Under the pieces are notes generated by a model. The model worked only from the letters and a program-made list of their open reading frames with translations. It searched no databases and was not told the origin of the DNA. Positions 7,958 to 16,455 of a DNA stretch of 39,103 bases are shown piece by piece (position 1 is the first letter of the stretch; each line of letters starts with the position of its first letter). A program made the translations under genes and the position numbers. Source of the DNA: Candidatus Hydrogenedentota bacterium (GTDB taxonomy: Bacteria > Hydrogenedentota > Hydrogenedentia > Hydrogenedentales > GCA-2746185); NCBI GenBank assembly GCA_046583315.1, contig JAYGCN010000116.1, forward strand, positions 1-39,103, in the 5' to 3' direction.

Positions 7958-10366
7958 TCACCATTTGTCGGTAACGAATTTCCAGGTGTCCCCATCAGTT
8001 GGACGGGTGATGAGGGCACGTCGTGTTTCGCGTCGATCGCTGCGGTAGAACCAGTACGTCGACCAGTGGTCGTAGGATAAGAATAGCGCGCCTTTTCGGT
8101 CAATGGTCAGCCGGTGATAGAAAATGCTGTATTCGGAAAAAGGCGCGATAACCAATGGCTGAGGCTCAGACCAGTCGCCGTCCGCGGGTTTCTGCATGTA
8201 GGCAAGGGTCATGTACCAGCTGGCGGGAAAATAGTCTGTGTCGCTACGACGGTGACGAAAAACCAAGTGCAAGGTATCATTCGGGTCACAAACGAGACCA
8301 ACGTAGGTCTGGCGAATCCCGGGACTAATATCTTCCGCCGCCGTCCAGCCTCCGCTGGAGTCATTGGATTTAAGTGAGTGAGCGTACTTGAAAGTGCGTG
8401 CGTGTGTCCCGATGAGCACGTGTAAAACTCCTTGGCTGTCCATCGTGATGCAGGGGGTGTTGTGGATGTCGTTCGCGGGGGGGCCGTAGCCCACCAAGGT
8501 GGGCGTGCTCATGACACGCGTTTCCCGATCAATGGTTGCGACGTAGGTAGGCACGCCGGGGATCTTCTCTTTTGGATCTGTCGCTTCCCCCCACGCGACG
8601 TGCACTTTGGAACCGCGCGATACGATGGTAGAAGGAATGCCTGAATGCGAGGACAGGCCGATGCACATTCGAGAAAGCATGATCGGCTCGCCAATGCTGA
8701 TACTCCCGTCGGGATTCTTTTCCGGCAGAAAAAGCGCGAGGTCGTGTATTCTCCGCCAGAGTAGTTTCGGGTCGGATGCCGTGCGCGTGAAACGCACAAA
8801 CGGGGGTGGTCCCTGCGGCGTATTGTGTCCGGAGAACTGCTCGATATCGAAGGTGCCTTTGCCGGGTATCGGATAGAATTTCCATTCGCCGTCGGCCGTC
8901 CCGTGCACCAAAACGGGGCGTCCATTCTGGGTGGCCATTGCATAGCGGTCGTTGTCGCTGTCAAAGGCCACTTTGGAGGTTGCAAGGGTAAATGGAGTCG
9001 GTGCGTTCTTGTTTTGTTGGGCCGATGTCACCGGTTTCCACTGGCCATTCTGGAGAACATTCAACTCATTCTTCGCAGAAACAACTGGCGTATTCTCGGT
9101 ATCAAAGTAAACCTCGCCACTCAGCGGATAGTCAGCACGGTAACCGAATTGCGCGTTCTCATGTGCGTAAGGACGAAGTACGATGGGCATTGCACGTGCT
9201 TCGGCAGATTGCCCGGAATCACGGCGGAGGTCAATCGTCACGTAAGTACTGAATCCAGATTTATCCCGTGGCGTTGCACGCACATGGAAGGGCCAGAGGT
9301 CTCCCGAATAAGGAACGTCGTAGCGCAAGACGACCGTCGCAGTCTGATTGGCTTCGAGCTGTACAGTGTCGGTGGAGAGAGTCGCCGACCCTGTTTTGGA
9401 ACCGGGAAACTCAATGGCCAAGTCTATGGTTCTTGCGAGGGGTGCATTGTTGTGAATCTCGACGGTCGCCTCGCCTGAGCTACCGGGTGCAACATCGATA
9501 CGCTGCTTATAGGGCGTGATGAGCCAACGGTTCTGGTGGAAGGGAAACCAGGATGCGGCCTTGGGTGTCCAGAGCGAAAGGTCGTTATAGTTACCGTCGC
9601 TCTTGTCCCATCGGGTTACGCCATCGATGTTCAGCTTACTGCACTGGGCATTGGACAATTCCAGCTTCCAGGGAACATTTTCACGACCAATTTCTGCAGG
9701 GATCGTATGTAAAAACTTTCCATCTTTACCAACAGTAATGAACCCACGCTCCGTACCAGCGCCATCTACAAGTCGCAACGTACCCGGAGCGCAGCCCGCC
9801 CCGTCAATGGTAAACTCTCCGGTACGCGGCAAAAAATAAACATCTCCTGGTTTACCATTCCGAAGCGACAACGGTTCTTGGTGCCGCCCATCTTTGTGGC
9901 CCCTGGAGGTCTCCACGAGATAGCGCGAACAATTGGTCTTGATCCCCCACGACATATCCTCGCCTAAGCGATCTTCAGATGCCGTAATGCTCAGTCCATA
10001 CACACCTGTTCGCGGCACCGTCACAGAAAAGCGCAGGCGCTGAACAGGCCCCGCACCATCACCCTTTTTCATTCCCATATGGGGCAGGATTTCCTCTGCC
10101 AGTACCGAGCGATCCGGTCCGAAGAGTATGGCACGAACATGGGTTTTTCGGCTCAGGAAATTACGATCTTGTTTCTCTACCTCCACCCAAAATTCACCGG
10201 GTTCTGCCAGGAAATAGACTCCGCCACAACCGCCGATGCGAAAATCAGCGGACCACGCAGTATCGTCGGCCGACACTGAACCAGCAAGCAAGAGCACACA
10301 CAACAGGACATTGAGTTGAACAAAGCGACTTAATCGTATCCTGTCAAATATCATTTCTGTTTCCAT
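7958..10366 (-). CDS. Large secreted protein with a C-terminal BNR-4-type beta-propeller region
   Basis: 802-aa ORF with a signal peptide (VLLCVLLLAGSVSA). The motif DIHNTPCITMDSQGVLHVLIGTH and repeated DxxxxLHL/LFL blades resemble BNR-4 repeat proteins. Confidence 0.7.
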   Translation of the reverse strand: METEMIFDRIRLSRFVQLNVLLCVLLLAGSVSADDTAWSADFRIGGCGGVYFLAEPGEFWVEVEKQDRNFLSRKTHVRAILFGPDRSVLAEEILPHMGMKKGDGAGPVQRLRFSVTVPRTGVYGLSITASEDRLGEDMSWGIKTNCSRYLVETSRGHKDGRHQEPLSLRNGKPGDVYFLPRTGEFTIDGAGCAPGTLRLVDGAGTERGFITVGKDGKFLHTIPAEIGRENVPWKLELSNAQCSKLNIDGVTRWDKSDGNYNDLSLWTPKAASWFPFHQNRWLITPYKQRIDVAPGSSGEATVEIHNNAPLARTIDLAIEFPGSKTGSATLSTDTVQLEANQTATVVLRYDVPYSGDLWPFHVRATPRDKSGFSTYVTIDLRRDSGQSAEARAMPIVLRPYAHENAQFGYRADYPLSGEVYFDTENTPVVSAKNELNVLQNGQWKPVTSAQQNKNAPTPFTLATSKVAFDSDNDRYAMATQNGRPVLVHGTADGEWKFYPIPGKGTFDIEQFSGHNTPQGPPPFVRFTRTASDPKLLWRRIHDLALFLPEKNPDGSISIGEPIMLSRMCIGLSSHSGIPSTIVSRGSKVHVAWGEATDPKEKIPGVPTYVATIDRETRVMSTPTLVGYGPPANDIHNTPCITMDSQGVLHVLIGTHARTFKYAHSLKSNDSSGGWTAAEDISPGIRQTYVGLVCDPNDTLHLVFRHRRSDTDYFPASWYMTLAYMQKPADGDWSEPQPLVIAPFSEYSIFYHRLTIDRKGALFLSYDHWSTYWFYRSDRRETRRALITRPTDGDTWKFVTDKW

Positions 10367-10417
10367 TCGTTGACAATTCCCGGCAAGGGTGCCGTACCCC
10401 GCGTCGTAACGGTGTCA

Positions 10418-11044
10418 TTAAACAGATACTTCCCTGAAATCCACGTCCCACTTCGCCGATTCTGTTGAGATGATAGCATATCGCGCTTTCCCGTCTTCAT
10501 TCATGCCCACGCTGCCCGGATTCACGAAAAGGGTGTCGCCCAAGGTGCGGCTATGCGCGACGTGCGTGCGTCCGTTGATGATGATTCGGGCCGGCACCAG
10601 CTCACGTTGTCTCAGATAGACGTTATCGTCATTATCGGCCGACATCGAATTGCGAAAACTGCTCAGCGTACCGTGACACAGGGCGATCGATATTCCGTCC
10701 AGCGTTTGCGTATAGAGACGTACCAGATTGTCGAGATACTCCATTTGCGAACTCGAACACTGGCGATACGCCGCATCCAGCATCGCGAAATCCTGTTCAG
10801 AGAGTTTATTGCTCAGCGTCTTGCGTTTTCGCACGATCCGAAGCAGGCGGTGATCCCATTCCCCGAGCGCGCCGGGCACATTTCTCTCCTGCAACGTCGC
10901 CAAAACCTCGGTATTCCCGTCATGGCCGCAAACACAGTCTCCGGTGTGGAGAATGGTCAAGATCCCGAAAGAATCGATGTCGTCCAGCACGGCATCGAGC
11001 GCTTTCGCATTTCCGTGAATATCTCCCATTGCTGCAATGATCAC
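10418..11044 (-). CDS. Metallophosphoesterase-family protein (calcineurin-like) with degenerate motifs
   Basis: GDIHGN, HTGDCV, LCHGT, VNPGSVG. The usual GNHD reads GEWD and GHTH reads GRTH. Confidence 0.85.
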   Translation of the reverse strand: MIIAAMGDIHGNAKALDAVLDDIDSFGILTILHTGDCVCGHDGNTEVLATLQERNVPGALGEWDHRLLRIVRKRKTLSNKLSEQDFAMLDAAYRQCSSSQMEYLDNLVRLYTQTLDGISIALCHGTLSSFRNSMSADNDDNVYLRQRELVPARIIINGRTHVAHSRTLGDTLFVNPGSVGMNEDGKARYAIISTESAKWDVDFREVSV

Positions 11045-11056
11045 AATAATTCAGTC

Positions 11057-11069
11057 CAATCGGTTGATT
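11057..11069. promoter_or_regulatory. IHF-consensus site in the divergent phosphoesterase/HU intergenic region
   Basis: caatcggttgatt matches YAA-N4-TTGATW. The region is AT-rich and carries TTGAC motifs at 11164, 11176 and 11210. Confidence 0.35.
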
Positions 11070-11367
11070 TCGTAAGTATATGCATATTAACAACTTATAA
11101 GGATATAGTCAAGCAAAACGGAAGCCATTCCAAGGAGCTGAAATCGAAATACCCCTATGGACATTGACTATTTTCTTGACAAAATCACAATACCCCTTAA
11201 AAATAAGGCTTGACAAACCCCTCGATAAGTAGTAATCAATGTCTTAGTAAGAGTCCGCAGGGCTGCGGATTCCAAAAATTAGGGTATGAATTGTGGCACC
11301 TCTTGTGCCACAGGTCCCAGGTTGGGAACCAAATAACATTATTCTGCGGAATAAAAAGGAGATCGAC

Positions 11368-11661
11368 ATGGCGGGGAAACCACTCACCAAAGCACAAATC
11401 ATTACAACACTGGCCGATGACACCGGATTGAGCAAGAAAGAGATCGTTACGGTGATTACGGCCCAAACCGAGTTGGCCTACAAAGAAGCCACATCGGGCT
11501 ACACCATTCCGGGTATCGGTAAGTTGGTTGTTGTTGACCGTAAAGCGCGCATGGGTCGCAATCCGGCAACAGGCGAAACCATCTCGATTCCGGCAAAGAA
11601 GGTATTGAAGTTCCGCGTCGCAAAAGCGGCAAAGGATGCCATTACCCCGCCCAAGTCTTAA
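11368..11661 (+). CDS. hup: HU-family DNA-binding protein
   Basis: LTKAQII...TGLSKKE, IPGIGK, RKARMGRNPATGETISIPAKKVLKFR. SD AAGGAG. Confidence 0.95.
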   Translation: MAGKPLTKAQIITTLADDTGLSKKEIVTVITAQTELAYKEATSGYTIPGIGKLVVVDRKARMGRNPATGETISIPAKKVLKFRVAKAAKDAITPPKS

Positions 11662-11685
11662 TTAGGGCGAATTCAATTGCTTGAA

Positions 11686-11722
11686 AGCCGACCCGGTAGA
11701 ATCCTGCCGGGTCGGCTCTTTT
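11686..11722 (+). terminator. Intrinsic terminator after hup
   Basis: agccgacccggtag / ctgccgggtcggct stem followed by ctttt. Confidence 0.85.
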
Positions 11723-11731
11723 GTGGGGATA

Positions 11732-11761
11732 TTGAATCAAGCGTGGCCTCCCTGCTATAGT
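11732..11761 (+). promoter_or_regulatory. Sigma70-type promoter of the pyr operon
   Basis: TTGAAT (11732-11737), 18-bp spacer, extended -10 TGcTATAGT (11753-11761). Confidence 0.6.
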
Positions 11762-11816
11762 GTGTCTCCAAGGAGTAAACAAAACGACCTTGAACACACC
11801 GAGACAAATCGATGTC

Positions 11817-11847
11817 ACCTTCTCTGACTGGGAGAAGGTTTTTTTTT
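11817..11847 (+). terminator. Attenuator-like terminator in the pyr leader
   Basis: accttctc (11817-11824) pairs with gagaaggt (11832-11839), followed by 8 T. It lies between the promoter and the pyrR ATG. Confidence 0.8.
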
Positions 11848-11875
11848 GCCCGCAAGGGCAAACGGATAGGCTGAG

Positions 11876-12430
11876 ATGACGGACGAATCAACAGAATCTA
11901 CGGTAATCATGGACGCGGAAGAGATGGATGCTGCGCTCGCATCGCTTTCGACCGCGATTCTTGATGCCCATCAAGATGAGGACTCCATCTGTCTACTTGG
12001 AATCCTCAGTCGAGGCCGCCCGCTGGCCGATCGCCTCGCACAACGACTCACCTCGCAAGGTGCCATCGTACACATCGGCTCTCTGTCGACAACACTCTAT
12101 CGCGACGACCTGCGTAGCGGAAAAGTGACGCCCAAGATTGGCGGCAGCGAAACACACTTCGACTTTGATGTAGATGGACGCTCCATTGTGCTGGTCGATG
12201 ATGTGCTGAACTCAGGACGAACCATTCGCGCGGCCCTGGACGAAGTGATGGATTACGGACGACCGTCCCGCATACATCTCGCCTGCCTCATCGATAGAGG
12301 CCTACGCGAAGTGCCGATACAAGCGGACTATCTGGGCAAGTCCATTCAGACCGAATCCACCGATCACGTTCAAGTAAGATTACAGGAAATCGATGGCGAA
12401 GACAGCGTGGTGCTAACACGAAAGGGCTGA
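11876..12430 (+). CDS. pyrR: PyrR-family protein (uracil phosphoribosyltransferase / pyr regulator)
   Basis: GILSRG, TLYRDDL, PRPP motif IVLVDDVLNSGRTIRAALD, GRP, DRGLREVPIQADYLGK; first gene of the pyrBC operon. Confidence 0.93.
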   Translation: MTDESTESTVIMDAEEMDAALASLSTAILDAHQDEDSICLLGILSRGRPLADRLAQRLTSQGAIVHIGSLSTTLYRDDLRSGKVTPKIGGSETHFDFDVDGRSIVLVDDVLNSGRTIRAALDEVMDYGRPSRIHLACLIDRGLREVPIQADYLGKSIQTESTDHVQVRLQEIDGEDSVVLTRKG

Positions 12431-12449
12431 ATCAGCAGGTGAATATACG

Positions 12450-13430
12450 ATGGTAGACGAGCAAATCTGGACACGTAAACACCTCATCGGGATCGAAGAA
12501 TTGTCCCGATCCGAAATCGAAATGATTCTCGATACGGCCCCCCAGTTCCTGGCTGTGCAGCAACGCGAAAGCGGCATCAAGAAAGTACCGCTGTTGCAAG
12601 GCCGCCTCGTCGTCAATCTCTTCATGGAACCCAGCACCCGTACCCGTGTCTCATTCGAACTCGCCGCCAAACGCCTCAGCGCGGATACCTTGACCTTTGC
12701 CGCATCGGCATCCAGCACCACAAAAGGTGAGACCCTGCACGATACGCTTGCGACCATTGAAGCCATGCACACAGACGTAATCGTGATTCGCAGTGCCTAC
12801 TCCGGCGCGCCATCGATGCTGACCGAACGCCACGGCTCACACATCATCAACGCGGGCGACGGATACCACGAACACCCCACACAGGCGCTACTAGACACGT
12901 TCACCATGCGGCGCTACATTCGCACATTACGCGAGGATGATACGGCAACCCTGGACGGGATACGCGTCGCCATCATCGGAGATATCGCCCACAGCCGCGT
13001 CGCACGCAGCAACATTTGGGCCCTGAACAAACTCGGCGCTAGCGTCATCCTGTGCGGACCCCAGACCCTAATGCCGATGGACATCGAATCGATGGGTGTC
13101 GAGGTGACCTACGACCTGCGCACCGCCATGACAGACGCAGATGTGGTTTATGCCCTACGCATCCAGATGGAACGCCAGGCCTCCAGCTTGCTGCCCAGCC
13201 TGCGCGAATACATCCGACTCTTCAGGGTCGATGCTGAGTCCCTCAAAGCCGCGCCCGACCACGCACTCATCATGCACCCGGGACCCATGAACCGCGACAT
13301 TGAACTCGCCTCCGACGTGGCCGACAGTGATCGCAGCGTCGTACTCGAACAAGTCAGCAACGGTGTCGCCATTCGCATGGCCGTCATGCACCTGCTGGCC
13401 AATCACAGCCCAAAATCTGAACAGGAGTAA
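12450..13430 (+). CDS. pyrB: Aspartate carbamoyltransferase catalytic subunit
   Basis: FMEPSTRTRVSFE, INAGDGYHEHPTQALLD, GDIAHSRVARSN, MHPGPMNR. Confidence 0.98.
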   Translation: MVDEQIWTRKHLIGIEELSRSEIEMILDTAPQFLAVQQRESGIKKVPLLQGRLVVNLFMEPSTRTRVSFELAAKRLSADTLTFAASASSTTKGETLHDTLATIEAMHTDVIVIRSAYSGAPSMLTERHGSHIINAGDGYHEHPTQALLDTFTMRRYIRTLREDDTATLDGIRVAIIGDIAHSRVARSNIWALNKLGASVILCGPQTLMPMDIESMGVEVTYDLRTAMTDADVVYALRIQMERQASSLLPSLREYIRLFRVDAESLKAAPDHALIMHPGPMNRDIELASDVADSDRSVVLEQVSNGVAIRMAVMHLLANHSPKSEQE

Positions 13431-13435
13431 TTCCC

Positions 13436-14707
13436 GTGAGTACAGTAATCAAAAACGGCCACCTTATTGAGCCGTCTTCGGGCATATCCGAGCCAATGGA
13501 TATCGCCTTTGAAGGAACCACCATCACTGCCATCGACAAAGATCTCGAAGGCGACGAAATTATCGATGCGACCGGATGCGTGGTATGCCCCGGGCTCGTC
13601 GACATCCACGTGCACTTTCGCGAGCCCGGCTTCGAGTCCAAAGAAACCATCGCCTCGGGAAGCCAGTGCGCCGCTGCCGGTGGCTACACCTCCGTCGTGC
13701 CTATGGCCAACACCAATCCGACCATCGACAACGCCGGCATGGTTGAATTCGTCAATCGGCGCGCGCGCGAAACCGCCATCGTCAAGATTTGGCCCTCCGC
13801 CTGCGCCACCAAGAACATGCAAGGCGAAGAAATTACCGAGATGGCCGAACTCAAAGAAGTCGGAGCAGTTGCGGTCACCGATGACGGAAAAGACATCCAA
13901 AGCAGCTGGGTCATGCGCCGTGTCATGGAATACGCCAAAATGGTTGGCCTGCCTTACATGGCGCACTGCGAAGACCACTCGCTACTGGTCAACGGCGGCG
14001 CCATGAACGAAGGCTACAACTCCACACGCCTCGGCATCCCCGGAATCCCCAAAGCGGCCGAAGAAATCATGATCGAGCGCAACGCCCGGCTCGCAGAATT
14101 GACCGGCGCGCACCTGCACGTCCAACACATCACCACTGCCGGCGGCGTGGAAATTCTGCGACGCTATAAGGACAAAGGCGTGCACATTACCGGAGAAGCC
14201 TCGCCGCATCACATTACCCTGACCGATGCCGCCATCGAAAAGTACGACACCAACGCGAAAATGAATCCACCGCTTCGTGAGCAAAGCGATATCGACGCCA
14301 TCAAAGCCGGTATCGCCGACGGCACCATCGATATCATCGCCACAGACCACGCGCCGCACACGCCCGCCGAAAAAGACGTCGAGTTTGCGCTCGCACCCTT
14401 TGGCATACTCGGTCTCGAGACGGCTCTCGGCATCGTGCTCACCCAACTGGTCGATGAAAAAGTAATCTCAATCGAACGCGCCATCGAAATGATGACCGTC
14501 AGCGGCGCAAAAATTGTCAAAATTGACGCGGGCGTTCTGCGTGAAGGTGGACCCGCCGACATCTGCATCTTCAACGCCGACGAAACATGGACCGTTGACC
14601 CCGAAGCCTCCAAATCCAACAGCCGCAACACCCCCTTCGGCGGCATGGAATTGCGCGGCGTCATCAAACAAACCATCTGCGACGGCCAGACGGTGTTTCA
14701 ATCCTGA
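13436..14707 (+). CDS. pyrC: Dihydroorotase (type I)
   Basis: PGLVDIHVHFREPG, MANTNP, AHCED, PHH, KMNPPLR, ATDHAPH. Confidence 0.97.
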   Translation: MSTVIKNGHLIEPSSGISEPMDIAFEGTTITAIDKDLEGDEIIDATGCVVCPGLVDIHVHFREPGFESKETIASGSQCAAAGGYTSVVPMANTNPTIDNAGMVEFVNRRARETAIVKIWPSACATKNMQGEEITEMAELKEVGAVAVTDDGKDIQSSWVMRRVMEYAKMVGLPYMAHCEDHSLLVNGGAMNEGYNSTRLGIPGIPKAAEEIMIERNARLAELTGAHLHVQHITTAGGVEILRRYKDKGVHITGEASPHHITLTDAAIEKYDTNAKMNPPLREQSDIDAIKAGIADGTIDIIATDHAPHTPAEKDVEFALAPFGILGLETALGIVLTQLVDEKVISIERAIEMMTVSGAKIVKIDAGVLREGGPADICIFNADETWTVDPEASKSNSRNTPFGGMELRGVIKQTICDGQTVFQS

Positions 14708-14719
14708 TCGGAATCGGCC

Positions 14720-15487
14720 GTGTCTGAGCACACCAATATCAAAGCCGTCGTCCGCTACGACGGCACCGATTTCTCCGGCTGGCAGATACAGCCGAATGCG
14801 CGGACCGTGCAGGAGGTCATCGAATCTACGATGACGCAGATATCGGGTGAGGCGATCAAGATTGCCGGGGCCGGCAGGACGGACGCGGGGGTTCACGCGC
14901 TGGGCCAGACCTTCAGTTGCCAATGGCCTGACCGTATACCACTGGAAAAGTTACAAAGATCGTTGAACAAATTGTTGGGACCCGAAATTCGTATCGAATC
15001 CGTTGAACATGTTGACGACGATTTCCACGCGTCCTTCTCGGCAACGGGCAAACGATACGCCTACGCGGTGCTGTCCAGTCCACATCCCGATCCTTTTTCC
15101 GCTCGCTACGCATGGAATCTCGGTTGGCGTGTATCTCCTGCCGAAATTCAGGAAATCGCGCAAATCTTTGTGGGTGAACACGATTTTGCGGGATTCTGTT
15201 GCAGCGGCTCCGAAGCCGAAACAACGGTGCGCACCCTCCACGGGATTTCAATTCGCCCGGGACTCATCGTCGGGCCGATGGACGACGAATCCGGCTGGCA
15301 CATCGAGTATCACGGCGAAGGGTTTCTCTACAAGATGGTGCGCAACCTGACCGGGACGCTCATCGACGTGGCGCGCGGGCATTTGCCGGAATCAACTTTG
15401 ACCGAACGACTCGCAGCGCCCGCGCCTTATCGCGGATATACCGCCCCCGCAAAAGGTCTGTTCATGAAGGAAGTCCTCTACCCCTGA
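14720..15487 (+). CDS. truA: tRNA pseudouridine(38-40) synthase
   Basis: YDGTDFSGWQIQ, AGRTDAGVHA, GEHDF, FLYKMVRNLTG, TAPAKGL. Confidence 0.97.
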   Translation: MSEHTNIKAVVRYDGTDFSGWQIQPNARTVQEVIESTMTQISGEAIKIAGAGRTDAGVHALGQTFSCQWPDRIPLEKLQRSLNKLLGPEIRIESVEHVDDDFHASFSATGKRYAYAVLSSPHPDPFSARYAWNLGWRVSPAEIQEIAQIFVGEHDFAGFCCSGSEAETTVRTLHGISIRPGLIVGPMDDESGWHIEYHGEGFLYKMVRNLTGTLIDVARGHLPESTLTERLAAPAPYRGYTAPAKGLFMKEVLYP

Positions 15488-15595
15488 TCGAGAAACGTTG
15501 CATCGATGGTTGTGTTTGCAACGACCCAAATGATAAAACGGGTAGCAGTAACCCGCGACCCAAAATAGTTTGAACACTAGTTGATTGGAGAACCC

Positions 15596-16396
15596 ATGAC
15601 TTTCGGCCCACATGCATTCAATTCCGCCCTGACCCGCTCGACGGTCATCGGTATTTTAGCCATCACTTTTGCAGGCTGCGCGACTCGTGCACCGCAGTTT
15701 GAACGTGATCCTGTTGCGGCATTGCAGGCCGTTTCCGTAGCCACTGACCACGATGCCGTAACCCCGGATTCCCGAATCATTCCTGACCGCCGTGGCGGAT
15801 GGGAGCGACGTCACGACCAACTCAATGATCGCACAGCCCAGGGCGGCTATGACTTGATGTTTATCGGCGATTCCATCACCCATTTTTGGGAAACCTTCGG
15901 CGAAGAGGTATGGAATGAATACTACGGCGACCGTAATGCACTCAATATTGGCATATCCGGCGACAGGACGCAGCACGTTCTGTGGCGACTGGAGAACGGC
16001 AACATTGACGGGATCGCGCCGAAAGTGGCCGTGCTGATGATTGGCACGAACAATGTCAGCGCCAACTCAGCGCGTGAAATTGCCGACGGAATCACCGCCA
16101 TCGTTCAAAAGCTGAATCGCGAACTACCGGACATGAAGATTCTGATTCTGGGCGTATTCCCGCGTGCCGATGTGCCACAAGATCTGCAGGACAAGCTGAA
16201 AGAAGTCAATGCGGCAATCTCGGCACTTCACGATGGCGACCGGATTCACTACCTCGACATTTCGGCTGCGTTTCTGGATGACGACGGTACCCTGACTGTA
16301 GAGGTAATGCCTGACTTACTTCATCCGCAGGGCCACGGCTACAAACTCTGGGCCGAAGCGATGGAGCCAACGCTGACGGATCTTCTCGAAGAGTAA
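15596..16396 (+). CDS. GDSL/SGNH hydrolase (PAF-acetylhydrolase-like), probable lipoprotein
   Basis: Lipobox FAGC; FIGDSIT, GISGDRT, IGTNN, PDLLHP. SD GGAG. Confidence 0.9.
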   Translation: MTFGPHAFNSALTRSTVIGILAITFAGCATRAPQFERDPVAALQAVSVATDHDAVTPDSRIIPDRRGGWERRHDQLNDRTAQGGYDLMFIGDSITHFWETFGEEVWNEYYGDRNALNIGISGDRTQHVLWRLENGNIDGIAPKVAVLMIGTNNVSANSAREIADGITAIVQKLNRELPDMKILILGVFPRADVPQDLQDKLKEVNAAISALHDGDRIHYLDISAAFLDDDGTLTVEVMPDLLHPQGHGYKLWAEAMEPTLTDLLEE

Positions 16397-16455
16397 GCAT
16401 CCGGCATGCATTCGCGAGTTTGTGTCCGTTGTAAAGTCCGCGATACAATCGGGTG

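Noticed and set aside
7909..8103. 64-aa minus-strand ORF ending in ESAKWEVDFREIEV
   Set aside because: Not treated as a gene. Most of it is an off-frame overlap with the BNR gene, and only the last 16 codons are meaningful (the duplicated tail, reported above).
11164..11240. Three TTGAC motifs upstream of hup as defined promoters
   Set aside because: None has a convincing -10 box at 16-18 bp, so no specific promoter was called.
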